The notes under the pieces are model-generated. The model worked only from the letters and a program-made list of their open reading frames with translations. It was not told where the DNA came from and did no database searches. Below are positions 26,391-35,904 of a DNA stretch of 64,000 bases, piece after piece. Origin of the DNA: Candidatus Magasanikbacteria bacterium RIFOXYD1_FULL_40_23 (GTDB taxonomy: Bacteria; Patescibacteriota; Patescibacteriia; Magasanikbacterales; GWA2-37-8); contig MFRA01000005.1 in the NCBI GenBank assembly GCA_001783215.1, positions 29,845 through 93,844 on the forward strand. The letters run 5' to 3'. The number at the start of each line of letters is the position of its first letter. Positions within the stretch are counted from its first letter, which is position 1. Both the position numbers and the translations under genes were made by a program.

Positions 26391-28934
26391 ATGGATTGGA
26401 AAAAATATTTATTAATTAATTTAATACTGCTCGGCAGTTTTTTTGTTTCTTATCAGGTTTTTGGCGCAAACACAGATGTTATTATAAACGAAATTGGCGC
26501 ATATGAAGCCTCTGGTCATGAATGGATAGAAATTTGGAATAAAGGAAGTGAGCCGGTAGATATTAGGGATTGGAAATTGTGGGAAGAAAACGCCACTTCG
26601 CAAAATCATAAATTAACTACTACAACTGATTCAGTTGTGTCGGTTGGTGAATATGCCGTAGTTACCCAAGATGCGGCGCAATTTATTTTGGATTATCCAA
26701 ATTTTATTGGTTCGGTTTTTGATTCTTCTTTTGTATTAAATGAAAGTGGAGAAGAGATTGGTTTGATAGACGATACTGGAAATGTTGTAGAAAAATTTAC
26801 ATATATTTCGGCATCTAGTTTTTCTTTGCAAAGACGTAGTTCTTTTTTGGCAGATTATACCAGCTCTAACTGGGCAGAACATATTAGTGGCAATACAGTG
26901 GGTGCAGTAAATTATTTTGCTAGTGTGCAAGCATCTTCAACTCCAATATTTTCGCCAGCGCCAGCAGCTTCGCAAAACACGCAACAAGCCTCGTCTCAAA
27001 TTAATGGTTCATCTGTTTTGCAATATCAGAATTTGGCAGCGTTAAAAATAAATGAATTGGTCGTAGATCCAGAGAGTGAAAATGAATGGGTGGAATTATA
27101 TAACACTTCTCAGGTGTCTGTAGATATAACTGACGCCATAGTCTGTGATGCGCGCAACACCACTTCTACTTGTAAAAAATTAGTGGGAGCAGTTGGGCCA
27201 AATGGTTGGCTGTTTGTAGATTTGCAAACTAGAAGTTTTTTGAACAATTCGGGTGATAGTGTGATTTTAAAAGATGCGCGTGGAGTGGTGGTAGATAGGA
27301 TAGATTATGAAGACGAACTTACCCCAGATGAAGGGCAGTCTTTGGCGCGAAAAGCAGACGGTGTAGACACAGACAGTGAAGTTGATTGGGTGGTAACGGA
27401 CACTATTTCTCCTGGGAAGCCAAATGTTATTGTGAGTGAAAATCAAGAAGAGGAAGGTCAAAAAATTAGCTCTACCACGGCCAAAATTACCAAGAAAATA
27501 CCGTCTATTTTTGTTTGGGATATTGTGGCACCAACTACAGCCGAGATAAATGAGCAGGTAATGATTAGCGCAGAAGACACAGCCGACCCTCGAGGAGGAA
27601 TAATTTCTTTTGTATGGGATATTGGTGGTAGTAAATTATTTGGTCCAGTAGTTACAACCAGTTTTGCTACTTCGGGAATTTATAATGTAATTGTATTTGC
27701 CACTAGCACTAGTGGTTATGGCGAGCAGAAAAATATAGAAATTACAGTTGGCAGAGGTTTAAGTCAAAATGCGGAAGTAGTTATTTCGGAAATTTTACCA
27801 AACCCAGACGGCGACGACAGTAGAGAATTTGTTGAGATAAAAAATAATTCAATAGGACAGGTAAATTTGTCTGGCTGGTCGATAAAGGTGCAAGATAAAA
27901 AATATATTTTTCCGGAAAATACGATAGTAAACCCGAGCGGTGTTTTGGTTTTTTATAAAGCAGTAACTAAAATTAGTTTGGTAAACACTGCTGGTAAAGT
28001 AGAGTTATTAAACAAAGATAAATCAGTGGTGGATTTGGTAAAGTATGATAAGCCCCAAGCAGGGCAGAGTTATTCGCTGGTAAATAATCAGTGGGTATGG
28101 ACTAACCCAAGTCCGGGCACAAGCTCAAACCCCGCTGGTTTAGTGGCAGGAGAAAAAATTACAAACATTGCCAAGATTGTAGGTAAATCTAGCAGGCCAC
28201 TTATTACAAAAATTGCCGATGCGCGCGGGGCGGTAAAAGGTCAGTATGCAAAGCTAAAGGGCGTTGTTTCGGTTTTGCCGGGTGTGTTTGGTAGCCAGTA
28301 TTTTTATTTAAATAATGACAACGCTGGAATACAAATATATCAGAACAAAAAAGACTTTCCGCCGTTGGCTGTAGGCGATAGCGTGGAAATACAAGGTGCA
28401 GTTTCGGAAGCAAACGGCATAAAAAGAATAAATATTAAAAACAGCCAGAGTGTAGATATTTTATCTATTCATAATCGTGTTACCAGTACAGAATTAAATT
28501 TGGATGAAATAGAAGAAAGTGGAGCCGGTGCGTTAGTGTGGGTAGAGGGACAGATTACAGAGATAAAATCTACCTTTATGTATGTAGATAATGGTGTAGC
28601 CGAGATAAAAGTATATTTTAAACAGGGCGCCAAAATTGATAAGCAAAGGTTGAAAGAAGGAGAGGGCGTAAAAGTGGTAGGTATTTTAGAAAATGTTAAA
28701 GACGAATGGCAGATTTGGCCAAGATCCAACGAAGATTTAGAGTCTTTGGGTATGCCAGATAGCTCACAAGACGAAGAAACAGCTAAATCTACAACTAGTC
28801 CAGGCGAAAAGTATCTTATGGTTACGGTTGGTGGAGTGATAGGGCTATTGTTGGCGTTTTTGGGTAAGGCCAAGGGGTTGGCGTTGGTAAGTTGGCTAAA
28901 AAAGATGTCTGAAAAATTGGTTAAAAAGCCATAG
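26391..28934 (+). CDS. large cell-surface protein with three lamin-tail (LTD) domains, a PKD-like domain and a C-terminal TM anchor
   Basis: LTD-like segments: VIINEIGAYEASGHEWIEIWNKGSEPVDIRDWKL, LKINELVVDPESENEWVELYNTS, and VVISEILPNPDGDDSREFVEIKNNSIGQVNLSGWSI. C-terminal helix LMVTVGGVIGLLLAFLG. Confidence 0.6.
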   Translation: MDWKKYLLINLILLGSFFVSYQVFGANTDVIINEIGAYEASGHEWIEIWNKGSEPVDIRDWKLWEENATSQNHKLTTTTDSVVSVGEYAVVTQDAAQFILDYPNFIGSVFDSSFVLNESGEEIGLIDDTGNVVEKFTYISASSFSLQRRSSFLADYTSSNWAEHISGNTVGAVNYFASVQASSTPIFSPAPAASQNTQQASSQINGSSVLQYQNLAALKINELVVDPESENEWVELYNTSQVSVDITDAIVCDARNTTSTCKKLVGAVGPNGWLFVDLQTRSFLNNSGDSVILKDARGVVVDRIDYEDELTPDEGQSLARKADGVDTDSEVDWVVTDTISPGKPNVIVSENQEEEGQKISSTTAKITKKIPSIFVWDIVAPTTAEINEQVMISAEDTADPRGGIISFVWDIGGSKLFGPVVTTSFATSGIYNVIVFATSTSGYGEQKNIEITVGRGLSQNAEVVISEILPNPDGDDSREFVEIKNNSIGQVNLSGWSIKVQDKKYIFPENTIVNPSGVLVFYKAVTKISLVNTAGKVELLNKDKSVVDLVKYDKPQAGQSYSLVNNQWVWTNPSPGTSSNPAGLVAGEKITNIAKIVGKSSRPLITKIADARGAVKGQYAKLKGVVSVLPGVFGSQYFYLNNDNAGIQIYQNKKDFPPLAVGDSVEIQGAVSEANGIKRINIKNSQSVDILSIHNRVTSTELNLDEIEESGAGALVWVEGQITEIKSTFMYVDNGVAEIKVYFKQGAKIDKQRLKEGEGVKVVGILENVKDEWQIWPRSNEDLESLGMPDSSQDEETAKSTTSPGEKYLMVTVGGVIGLLLAFLGKAKGLALVSWLKKMSEKLVKKP

Positions 28935-28985
28935 GTTAGCTCTTGATTATTGGCAATTTTTATGTTAGTCTATCGGTATTATTTT

Positions 28986-29021
28986 TGTCATCCCGAGCGA
29001 GGCTTTTACCGACGAGGGATC
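28986..29021. repeat. GTCATCC...GGATC repeat unit (family R) between the LTD gene and tRNA-Ser
   Basis: TGTCATCCCGAGCGAGGCTTTTACCGACGAGGGATC. Confidence 0.6.
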
Positions 29022-29039
29022 TGCGTTTACAATAAAATT

Positions 29040-29127
29040 GGAAGGGTGGCCGAGCGGTTTAAGGCAACAGTCTTGAAAACTGTCGTATCGAAAGGTACCG
29101 TGGGTTCGAATCCCACCCCTTCCGCCA
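29040..29127 (+). tRNA. tRNA-Ser (anticodon UGA), class II with long variable arm; CCA encoded
   Basis: GGAAGGGTGGCCGAGCGGTTTAAGGCAACAGTCTTGAAAACTGTC...GGTTCGAATCCCACCCCTTCCGCCA. The anticodon loop CTTGAAA gives UGA. Confidence 0.85.
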
Positions 29128-29300
29128 AATGTAGAGGGATGAGAAGTTTATTTTCAAGTTGAGCGAGAGGAAAGAAAATTTATCTTCTTTCCCGAGCGAA
29201 TGAAGAAAATACCTTAGTATTCCCCATAGCGGGGCGACGGGGCAAATTCCACCCCTTTTCTCTAGCGGTGTTAATAGCAAAAAGCTAACCCGATAACTTT

Positions 29301-30098
29301 ATGGGTATTGAAAATGGAAAAAATTTTAATCCGGAGGATAAAGTTTTGTCTTCGGAAACTAAAAAAGTAGAAAAAACAAAACAGCTTTTTGGGCATTGTT
29401 TTGAAATCTTAAAATTTAATGAAGGAGATCGTATACCTGTTGGTGGTGAGAGTGTTTTTTCTGATGAGGTTAACATAAAAGTTACTGGTGATTTTGAAAA
29501 TTTTAAACAATTTTTCGACCAAACTCACGAATTAGTAGATAATTATAACCTTCCTAAATTGAGAGAGTGGCTTGACTCACAAGGAATAGAAATAGATGAG
29601 AAGTTATTTGCTACACTTTTTGCTTTTACTAAAAAGTTTGAGGCAAATTATCCTAGTAACCCTGAAAGAGCAGAAGCGCGACGAAAAATTTATGGAGACA
29701 AGGGTAAAGAAGTTAATCTGAGCAAAATTTTTAGCGTTAACGCTGCTGAATGCGCAGAAATTGCCGCGCTAGCCCAAGCTTATTTACAGCAAGAAGGCGT
29801 TCCCTCGACTTACTTCAGTGGTGATGTGCTTTGGGATAAAGAATGGGAATTTTCCGAGGAGCATAGTTTTATTATTATTCGGCAAGGAGATAAGGTGTAT
29901 ATTTACGACCCTACCAATCCTACCAATACGACTTCCGGGAAGTTCCCTAGCATATACACTGCCGAGGCTAATTTTGATGAGGAAATGGCAAAAAAACAAA
30001 AACGATTTGTTACTGCCAAAAATATTTTGAGTAAGAAAGAGGCTTTTTACGGAACAAATAACGGGACTAATATTTGGGCTGAAAAACATGTTGTTTAG
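29301..30098 (+). CDS. transglutaminase-like / papain-like cysteine protease domain protein
   Basis: Cys-His-Asp spacing: NAAECAEIAALAQAYLQQEGVP ... EEHSFIIIRQGDKVYIYDPTNP. Confidence 0.45.
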   Translation: MGIENGKNFNPEDKVLSSETKKVEKTKQLFGHCFEILKFNEGDRIPVGGESVFSDEVNIKVTGDFENFKQFFDQTHELVDNYNLPKLREWLDSQGIEIDEKLFATLFAFTKKFEANYPSNPERAEARRKIYGDKGKEVNLSKIFSVNAAECAEIAALAQAYLQQEGVPSTYFSGDVLWDKEWEFSEEHSFIIIRQGDKVYIYDPTNPTNTTSGKFPSIYTAEANFDEEMAKKQKRFVTAKNILSKKEAFYGTNNGTNIWAEKHVV

Positions 30099-30112
30099 CA
30101 GCTAAAAAATCT

Positions 30113-30652
30113 ATGAACCAATTCATCTTAGTGTTAAATGGGCCAATTTGTTCTGGAAAAAGTACGGTAGTTGATCTACTTCTTGCTCGGCATGAAAAAC
30201 TTTTTCTAGCCTCTTATGATACAATAAAATGGTTAGTGTCTAATTATTCTTCCGATAAACATCTTGCTGTTGTGACAGATATAGTCCTACCATTGGCAGA
30301 ATCCGCTTTTGATAAGGGTTTTTCTATAGTTGCCGACGCCGTTACGCTAAAAACAACTCGTGAGCGATTTGCCGAGCTGGCACAGCGCAAAGGTGTAAAA
30401 TTTATCGAAGTTAATTTGGAAGCGCCTCTACCTGCGCTAGAAGAGAGGTTCAAAAAAAGAGTTGAAGACTCTATTAGAATGGGTACAAAAATCTCTATTA
30501 CCGATATGCAAGGTATGATGAAGATATTTACGCGTTATCAAGAGAATAAAAATTTTAATGCCCCGACATTTGATTCAAGTATCCTTTCTGCAGAACGAAT
30601 TGCAGCTGAAATAGAAAATTTAATTAATTTAAATGTTTATGTCAAAAGTTAG
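30113..30652 (+). CDS. P-loop kinase (AAA_33 / zeta-toxin-like small-molecule kinase family)
   Basis: Walker A LNGPICSGKST. Confidence 0.5.
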   Translation: MNQFILVLNGPICSGKSTVVDLLLARHEKLFLASYDTIKWLVSNYSSDKHLAVVTDIVLPLAESAFDKGFSIVADAVTLKTTRERFAELAQRKGVKFIEVNLEAPLPALEERFKKRVEDSIRMGTKISITDMQGMMKIFTRYQENKNFNAPTFDSSILSAERIAAEIENLINLNVYVKS

Positions 30653-31073
30653 TACCTATCTAAATTTCGTTCGTAATACCGAAGAAGCTTTTAATTTTTA
30701 TAAATCCGTATTCGGCGGAGAGTTTGAAGGAGGTATAAATCGTATGGGTGCTGTGCCACCACAACCGGGTATGCCGCCTATGGCCGAAGAAGACAAAAAT
30801 TTGGTGATGCATGTATCTTTGCCGATTTTGGGTGGACATATGCTTATGGGTACAGACGCTCCAGAATCTATGGGCTTTAAAGTTATGCAAGGAAATAACG
30901 TACATATTAGCTTGCACCCAGATACTAGAGAAGAAACAAAAAGATTGTTTGATACTTTGTCCGAAGGTGGCAAAGTGACAATGGAGCTTCAAGATATGTT
31001 TTGGGGAGATTATTATGGCGCTTTTACAGATAAATTTGGCGTGCAATGGATGGTTAATTGCTCAAGTAAATAA
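30639..31073 (+). CDS. VOC-family (glyoxalase/bleomycin-resistance, PhnB-like) protein
   Basis: MSKVSTYLNFVRNTEEAFNFYKSVFGGEF ... MELQDMFWGDYYGAFTDKFGVQWMVN. Confidence 0.6.
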   Translation: MSKVSTYLNFVRNTEEAFNFYKSVFGGEFEGGINRMGAVPPQPGMPPMAEEDKNLVMHVSLPILGGHMLMGTDAPESMGFKVMQGNNVHISLHPDTREETKRLFDTLSEGGKVTMELQDMFWGDYYGAFTDKFGVQWMVNCSSK

Positions 31074-31089
31074 AAATTTCAATAAAATA

Positions 31090-31126
31090 AAACAGGCCGT
31101 TAAGCTGGCCTGTTTTATTTTTTATG
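31090..31126 (+). terminator. rho-independent terminator
   Basis: AACAGGCCGTTAAGCTGGCCTGTTTTATTTTTT. Confidence 0.7.
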
Positions 31127-31161
31127 TTATACTATTCTTAGATTAATCCTTATATAAACAT

Positions 31162-31764
31162 ATGTACAAAAAATATCTCGCAGAGCTTGTTGGAACATTT
31201 GCCTTGTCGTTTGTCGTTTTGTCCGCTGTGGCATCTGGCGGAGGTTTGCCAATCGCCGTGCCTCTTATTGCCGCGCTTACTTTGGGTTTATTTGTTTATA
31301 CTATTGGTCCAGTTTCCGGCTGCCACATTAATCCGGCAGTTACTTTGGGGTTATTGTCGATCAAAAAAATATCTTCTATAGAGGCAGTTCGTTATATTTT
31401 AGCCCAGCTCTTGGGAGCTTTGGCCGCCATTCTGGTATCCAAAATTTTTGTTATCACCAGTCCAATGACTGCCTCGCCATTTAATAGTAGGGTGTTCTTG
31501 GCAGAAGGGCTAGGCACGTTTTTCTTTTGTTTTGGTATTGCTTCAGTTGTATATGGTCAGGCCAAAGAGCAAATGTCTGGGTTGGTGATAGGCGGTTCGC
31601 TTTTGTTGGGTGTACTCATCGCATCCTTGGTTGGTGCGGCGGGCATACTTAATCCGGCTGTAGCTTTTGCCCTAAATTCTGCTACAATTTTGTATACAGT
31701 TGCTCCGGTTGTGGGTTCGGTGCTTGGGTTTAAAACTTATAAATATATTGTAAACGTCCAATAA
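31162..31764 (+). CDS. aqpZ: MIP-family channel (aquaporin/glycerol facilitator-like, short 200-aa form)
   Basis: Two NPA motifs (HINPAVT, LNPAVAFA). Confidence 0.8.
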   Translation: MYKKYLAELVGTFALSFVVLSAVASGGGLPIAVPLIAALTLGLFVYTIGPVSGCHINPAVTLGLLSIKKISSIEAVRYILAQLLGALAAILVSKIFVITSPMTASPFNSRVFLAEGLGTFFFCFGIASVVYGQAKEQMSGLVIGGSLLLGVLIASLVGAAGILNPAVAFALNSATILYTVAPVVGSVLGFKTYKYIVNVQ

Positions 31765-31773
31765 TTTTTTATT

Positions 31774-32562
31774 ATGTTAACTAGAAATCTAGAAAAAGCT
31801 CGAGATGCCTTTCGCAAGAATGATCCGGAAGCAAGTCGTAAAGCCCACGATGGCGATAGTGCGCCTGAAGAGCACCAAACAGGGCATGGGCAATATCTAA
31901 AAAGTTTTGTTTACGGCGGGTTAGACGGAATCGTCACCACCTTTGCCGTAGTAGCTGGTGTGGCAGGCGCCAATTTGTCTTCTAGCGTAGTAATTATTTT
32001 GGGCGTGGCCAATCTTATTGCCGATGGTATTTCTATGGCTTTTGGTGATTATCTGGGCAGTAAAGCCGAAAACGAATATGCAGCTGCCGAGCGCGTGCGC
32101 GAAACTTGGGAAGTGCGCAATTATCCAGATGGAGAAAAAAGAGAGATGGTAGAATTGTATGTAGGAAAAGGTATTGCTGAGGTAGATGCCAAAATCGCAG
32201 TAGAAGCCTTGTCTAAAAACGAAAAAGCCTGGGTAGATATTATGATGGTAGAAGAATTGGGAATGATAGAAAACCAAGAATCTGCAATCAAAAATGCAAT
32301 GGTTACTTTTGGTTCATTTATTTTCTTTGGCTCTATCCCCGTTTTAATTTATGCAGTCGCTCGATTCATTCCATTTTTTGCAGAGCATACATTTATTACC
32401 GCCTGTGTTCTTACTGGTATAACTTTATTTATCCTTGGAACTTTAAAAATATATTTTACTCGTCAGCCATGGTACAAAGCTGGTACGGAAATGCTTTTGC
32501 TTGGTGGTTTTGCCGCTGGTGCCGCCTATATTGTTGGTATATTACTGGGCGGATTAGTTTAG
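31774..32562 (+). CDS. VIT1/CCC1-family iron/manganese transporter
   Basis: [19 protein letters not shown] ... [21 protein letters not shown]. Confidence 0.7.
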   Translation: MLTRNLEKARDAFRKNDPEASRKAHDGDSAPEEHQTGHGQYLKSFVYGGLDGIVTTFAVVAGVAGANLSSSVVIILGVANLIADGISMAFGDYLGSKAENEYAAAERVRETWEVRNYPDGEKREMVELYVGKGIAEVDAKIAVEALSKNEKAWVDIMMVEELGMIENQESAIKNAMVTFGSFIFFGSIPVLIYAVARFIPFFAEHTFITACVLTGITLFILGTLKIYFTRQPWYKAGTEMLLLGGFAAGAAYIVGILLGGLV

Positions 32563-32594
32563 TTTAATTAAATTATAGGGGTTAAAGCCAACAT

Positions 32595-32930
32595 ATGAGG
32601 AACTTTTTTCGAGTAGCTGCAAGCTTGGTAGTTATCATGCTCATGATAAGCATAATCAATTGGGTGAGCGATGATTATATTTTGGCCGGTATTTATATCT
32701 TGATTATTTTGGCAGACATGGCAGTAAGGAAAAGAAAACACGATACAGTAGCTTTGGTGTTTGGATTTTTTGCAATGACAATGTTTGAATATCTATTTGT
32801 CACTACCGGCGTAGAAACTTTTACTCGCCAAAGTTTGCTAGGAGTAATGCCAATTTGGTTGCCGATTCTGTGGTCGTATGGATTTGTTTCTATAAAAAGA
32901 GCAGTAGAGATTATAGAGAAAGGTAAATAA
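32595..32930 (+). CDS. hypothetical small membrane protein
   Basis: 111 aa, three predicted TM helices. Confidence 0.35.
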   Translation: MRNFFRVAASLVVIMLMISIINWVSDDYILAGIYILIILADMAVRKRKHDTVALVFGFFAMTMFEYLFVTTGVETFTRQSLLGVMPIWLPILWSYGFVSIKRAVEIIEKGK

Positions 32931-32977
32931 AATTTTTAAATTAAAAAACGGAGCGTATAGCCCCGTTTTTTGTTTTG

Positions 32978-33364
32978 TTAAGATTTGTTTGCTTCCTGCG
33001 TATTTGCATAGTGTAGCATTCCATCTCGCATATATTCGGCCAGACCCACAGCCACATTTTCGTAGTTGGCTTTGAATCGCGGGTCGTCCACATACATTTT
33101 GGCCATGCCACGGTACATTTGTAAGTTTGGTTCATAAAATGCGCGCAGGCCGTCGTAGTGTCTGGTAATTAATTTTTGTACTTCTTCGCTTTTTGGAGCT
33201 AACCCATTTTTCATTGCGGCTGCAATTTCTTGGGTTAGCGCGCCAGCTTCTTCTAGTACTTTGGCCAGCCCAGCTTTGCCCATCTGTTTTACTCGTTCTT
33301 GGGATTGCTTAAAGGCCTCGGTATGGCCCCAGCGTTGTTTGGCTTCTTCGGTATATATTTCCAT
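32978..33364 (-). CDS. stand-alone TipAS-like antibiotic-recognition domain protein
   Basis: MEIYTEEAKQRWGHTEAFKQSQERVKQMGKAG... is a TipAS-like N-terminus. Leader element F immediately precedes it. Confidence 0.6.
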   Translation of the reverse strand: MEIYTEEAKQRWGHTEAFKQSQERVKQMGKAGLAKVLEEAGALTQEIAAAMKNGLAPKSEEVQKLITRHYDGLRAFYEPNLQMYRGMAKMYVDDPRFKANYENVAVGLAEYMRDGMLHYANTQEANKS

Positions 33365-33448
33365 ATTTGAAATGAGTGAAATAAGTAATCAAATGTTTTG
33401 GTTACTTATGAGCGAGTGAGAATATATGCGGCTTTAGCCCCTATCTCT
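33365..33448 (-). promoter_or_regulatory. leader element F (-10-like TATATT / Box1 CTCACTCGCTC / hairpin ATAAGTAA..TTACTTAT / Box2 CACTCATTTC / aaATG) in front of the TipAS gene
   Basis: Gene-sense reading: ATAGGGGCTAAAGCCGCATATATTCTCACTCGCTCATAAGTAACCAAAACATTTGATTACTTATTTCACTCATTTCAAATATG. Its distal part also encodes the last 12 codons of the MerR ORF. Confidence 0.6.
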
Positions 33449-33825
33449 TCTTTGGAGAAATTACCGTATAGTTCCTCGTCTTGCATAGTGGTTTCTTTGT
33501 TAATTTTTTTAATAGTCTTATCTATGGTGTTTATTAGTCCGTCTAGCCGGTTTCGCTTTAGTTGGATTAGGCCCCTTTGGTCATTTAGGGCTGTTTTCAT
33601 ATCAAAGCGAGGGGAGGATAAAATCCGCTTTATTTTCTCTATAGAAAAGTCTAATTCCCGGAAAAACAGGATTTGCTGTAATCTTAGCAATTCCGGTTCT
33701 TCATAGTGTCTATAGCCATTACCTTGTGTTCGGGCAGGGCTAAGCAGACCCACCTGATCATAGTAATGGAGGGTCCGGACGCTTACTTTGGCTAAATTGG
33801 CTAATTGTTGCACAGAATAAGACAT
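33406..33825 (-). CDS. MerR-family HTH transcriptional regulator with a coiled-coil linker but no effector domain (like the N-half of TipAL)
   Basis: MSYSVQQLANLAKVSVRTLHYYDQVGLLSPARTQGNGYRHY is a MerR HTH. Start trimmed from the track ORF 33406-33888. Confidence 0.65.
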   Translation of the reverse strand: MSYSVQQLANLAKVSVRTLHYYDQVGLLSPARTQGNGYRHYEEPELLRLQQILFFRELDFSIEKIKRILSSPRFDMKTALNDQRGLIQLKRNRLDGLINTIDKTIKKINKETTMQDEELYGNFSKEEIGAKAAYILTRS

Positions 33826-33889
33826 ATTGTAGATTTGAAATTGATAGGCGTCGACCCTGTATGTTGGCTTACATACACACCATACCACA

Positions 33890-33920
33890 AGTCTAAACTA
33901 TTACGCAACGTTAGAGTCAA
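33890..33920 (-). promoter_or_regulatory. MerR-type promoter with a 19-bp spacer (TTGACT-19-TAGACT) upstream of the merR-family gene
   Basis: On the minus strand: TTGACT at 33920-33915, a 19-nt spacer containing AACGTT, then TAGACT at 33895-33890. Confidence 0.4.
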
Positions 33921-33992
33921 GAGGGGGGGTGCTGATAGACAAAACCACGTCAGAATAGTATGATTTAAGGGGTAAATTAACTATAAAATTGT

Positions 33993-34409
33993 ATGTTGGA
34001 GTCCAAAACCGCTGGTGGAATAGTGTTAAACAAAGATGGGGTAATTTTGGTTGTAAACCAAAATGGTAATTCTTGGTCTTTTCCAAAGGGGCACATAGAA
34101 GAAGGGGAAGAAGTTTTGGTTGCAGCTAAACGAGAAATAGAAGAAGAAACCGGCATTACCCACTTAGAATATTTAGGGGAATTGGGAACCTATAGTAGAT
34201 ACAAAATAGGCAAAAATGTAGATGAAGAAGACAAATCAGAAATAAAATATATAACAATGTTTTTATTTCGTACCGACCAGATGAAATTACAGCCAATAGA
34301 TCCGGATAATCCAGAAGCTAGATGGGTCGCCAGAGAAGAGGTTGTAAATTTGCTAACACACAAAAAAGATAAAGAGTTTTGGCTGAGTGTAAAAGATAAA
34401 CTTGATTAG
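33993..34409 (+). CDS. Nudix hydrolase
   Basis: Nudix box GHIEEGEEVLVAAKREIEEETG. Confidence 0.8.
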   Translation: MLESKTAGGIVLNKDGVILVVNQNGNSWSFPKGHIEEGEEVLVAAKREIEEETGITHLEYLGELGTYSRYKIGKNVDEEDKSEIKYITMFLFRTDQMKLQPIDPDNPEARWVAREEVVNLLTHKKDKEFWLSVKDKLD

Positions 34410-35019
34410 CATGTCTGAATTTTCAGAAGCAATGAAATTTTTAAAAAAATCAGATCCGGTGCTGGCCAAATTATTTGGCAAAGTACAGCCTTCTGTTTTG
34501 CGACCAAGTAAAAATTATTTTGAATCTCTTACCGACGCAATAATTAGTCAGCAACTGTCGGGCAAAGCAGCGGCAACAATCTTTAAACGCTTTCAAGGTT
34601 TGTTTCCTGGGAACAAGTTTCCAACACCAGCACAAGTGTTGGCAAAAAGCGATATTGAGTTGCGAACAGTAGGAGTGTCTGGTTCCAAAGCATCTTATAT
34701 AAAAAACATTGCCGCTGGTTTTGAAGATGGCTCGCTAGATTTTAAACATATAAATAAAAAAACAGACGAAGAAATAGTAGAGATGTTGGTAAAGGTAAAA
34801 GGGATTGGTAAGTGGACTGCAGAAATGTTTCTTATTTTTTCTCTTGGCCGGCCAGATGTATTTTCTTTTGGGGATTTGGGTTTGCGTAATGGGGTAAAAA
34901 AAGTTTATGGTTTGCGCAAAGACCCCTCGCCAGCAAAACTAAAACAGCTCTCGGCGAAATGGCAGCCGTATCGTACGTGTGCCTCTTTGTATCTTTGGGC
35001 TAGTTTGGATAACAAATAA
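34402..35019 (+). CDS. HhH-GPD superfamily DNA glycosylase (AlkA / 3-methyladenine glycosylase II-like)
   Basis: VKGIGKWTAEMFLIFSLGRPDVFSFGDLGLRNG. Confidence 0.7.
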   Translation: MISMSEFSEAMKFLKKSDPVLAKLFGKVQPSVLRPSKNYFESLTDAIISQQLSGKAAATIFKRFQGLFPGNKFPTPAQVLAKSDIELRTVGVSGSKASYIKNIAAGFEDGSLDFKHINKKTDEEIVEMLVKVKGIGKWTAEMFLIFSLGRPDVFSFGDLGLRNGVKKVYGLRKDPSPAKLKQLSAKWQPYRTCASLYLWASLDNK

Positions 35020-35066
35020 ATTTATAATAAAAAACTCCCACATGGCAATATGTAGGAGCATCTTCT

Positions 35067-35558
35067 TCACTTATAAATAGATTGAAAGAAATCAAAGAGC
35101 TCTTTTTGTTTATGTAGTGGAAGCGCGGAGAGTGGCTTGTTGCTCTTTGGTGAATTTCCTCCCCATGGTTTGCCAGAAATCATAAGCGATGTGCTTGGGC
35201 CGTTTAGCGGACGCACATAGTGCGCTCCATTTGGCTCCGTCATTTCATATTCCGACCCAGCCACGAGAATTATGCGCGCCGCTATAGGCATATCAGAGGT
35301 CTCCGAGCCGTATCCGATACCCATCTCGTAGCTGCCATCCAAAACCTTCATTGCCGAAGGCCAGGGGTGGGTGTGAAACAGAGCTTCTTCTGGTTCGCAT
35401 GGGTGAATGCGGTGGAGGTAAATACGATTCCCTTGCCACTCGCACCACAGGCGCTCCACGAAGGGGTGGTGGTAATCAATAAATACATTTTTCCACCTCG
35501 CTTCATCGCGAAGCAGGGCAGGAAGAACAAGTTCGGCTTGGTGTAGAAGGTTGAGCAT
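35067..35558 (-). CDS. hypothetical protein (His-rich HTHPW motif); moderately GC-rich
   Basis: Start trimmed to MLNLLHQ. Its AAGGAAAAAA SD overlaps the upstream stop. Confidence 0.35.
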   Translation of the reverse strand: MLNLLHQAELVLPALLRDEARWKNVFIDYHHPFVERLWCEWQGNRIYLHRIHPCEPEEALFHTHPWPSAMKVLDGSYEMGIGYGSETSDMPIAARIILVAGSEYEMTEPNGAHYVRPLNGPSTSLMISGKPWGGNSPKSNKPLSALPLHKQKELFDFFQSIYK

Positions 35559-35559
35559 G

Positions 35560-35811
35560 TTATTTTTTCCTTTGACCAATAATAGACAAGATAATTGATG
35601 CAGCGAAGTTATCCATCTCGCCAAAATCTTGGCCTGTTTCTGACTCTCTATCTAAGTCACATTCCACATTTTTAGAACCACAGAATTTGCAAGTAGTTTC
35701 TTCTTTGCGCATTTCTTGAAGCTGTTCGGGAGTCTTGCCCAAACCAGTCTTGTAGCCAACCCAATTACGAGCCCGGCCACAGCTATTACATTTCATCTTG
35801 TAGGCTTCCAT
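35560..35811 (-). CDS. small zinc-ribbon protein (CxxC...CxxC)
   Basis: MKCNSCGRARNW ... CKFCGSKNVEC. Confidence 0.4.
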   Translation of the reverse strand: MEAYKMKCNSCGRARNWVGYKTGLGKTPEQLQEMRKEETTCKFCGSKNVECDLDRESETGQDFGEMDNFAASIILSIIGQRKK

Positions 35812-35904
35812 GGAATTTTTCCTTGTTGTTAAGGTGCGCTTTGCTGCTAGTATCTACCTTCTTGCATTTTTGTTCAATCTGTCGTACAATTACGACAACA
35901 ATCA

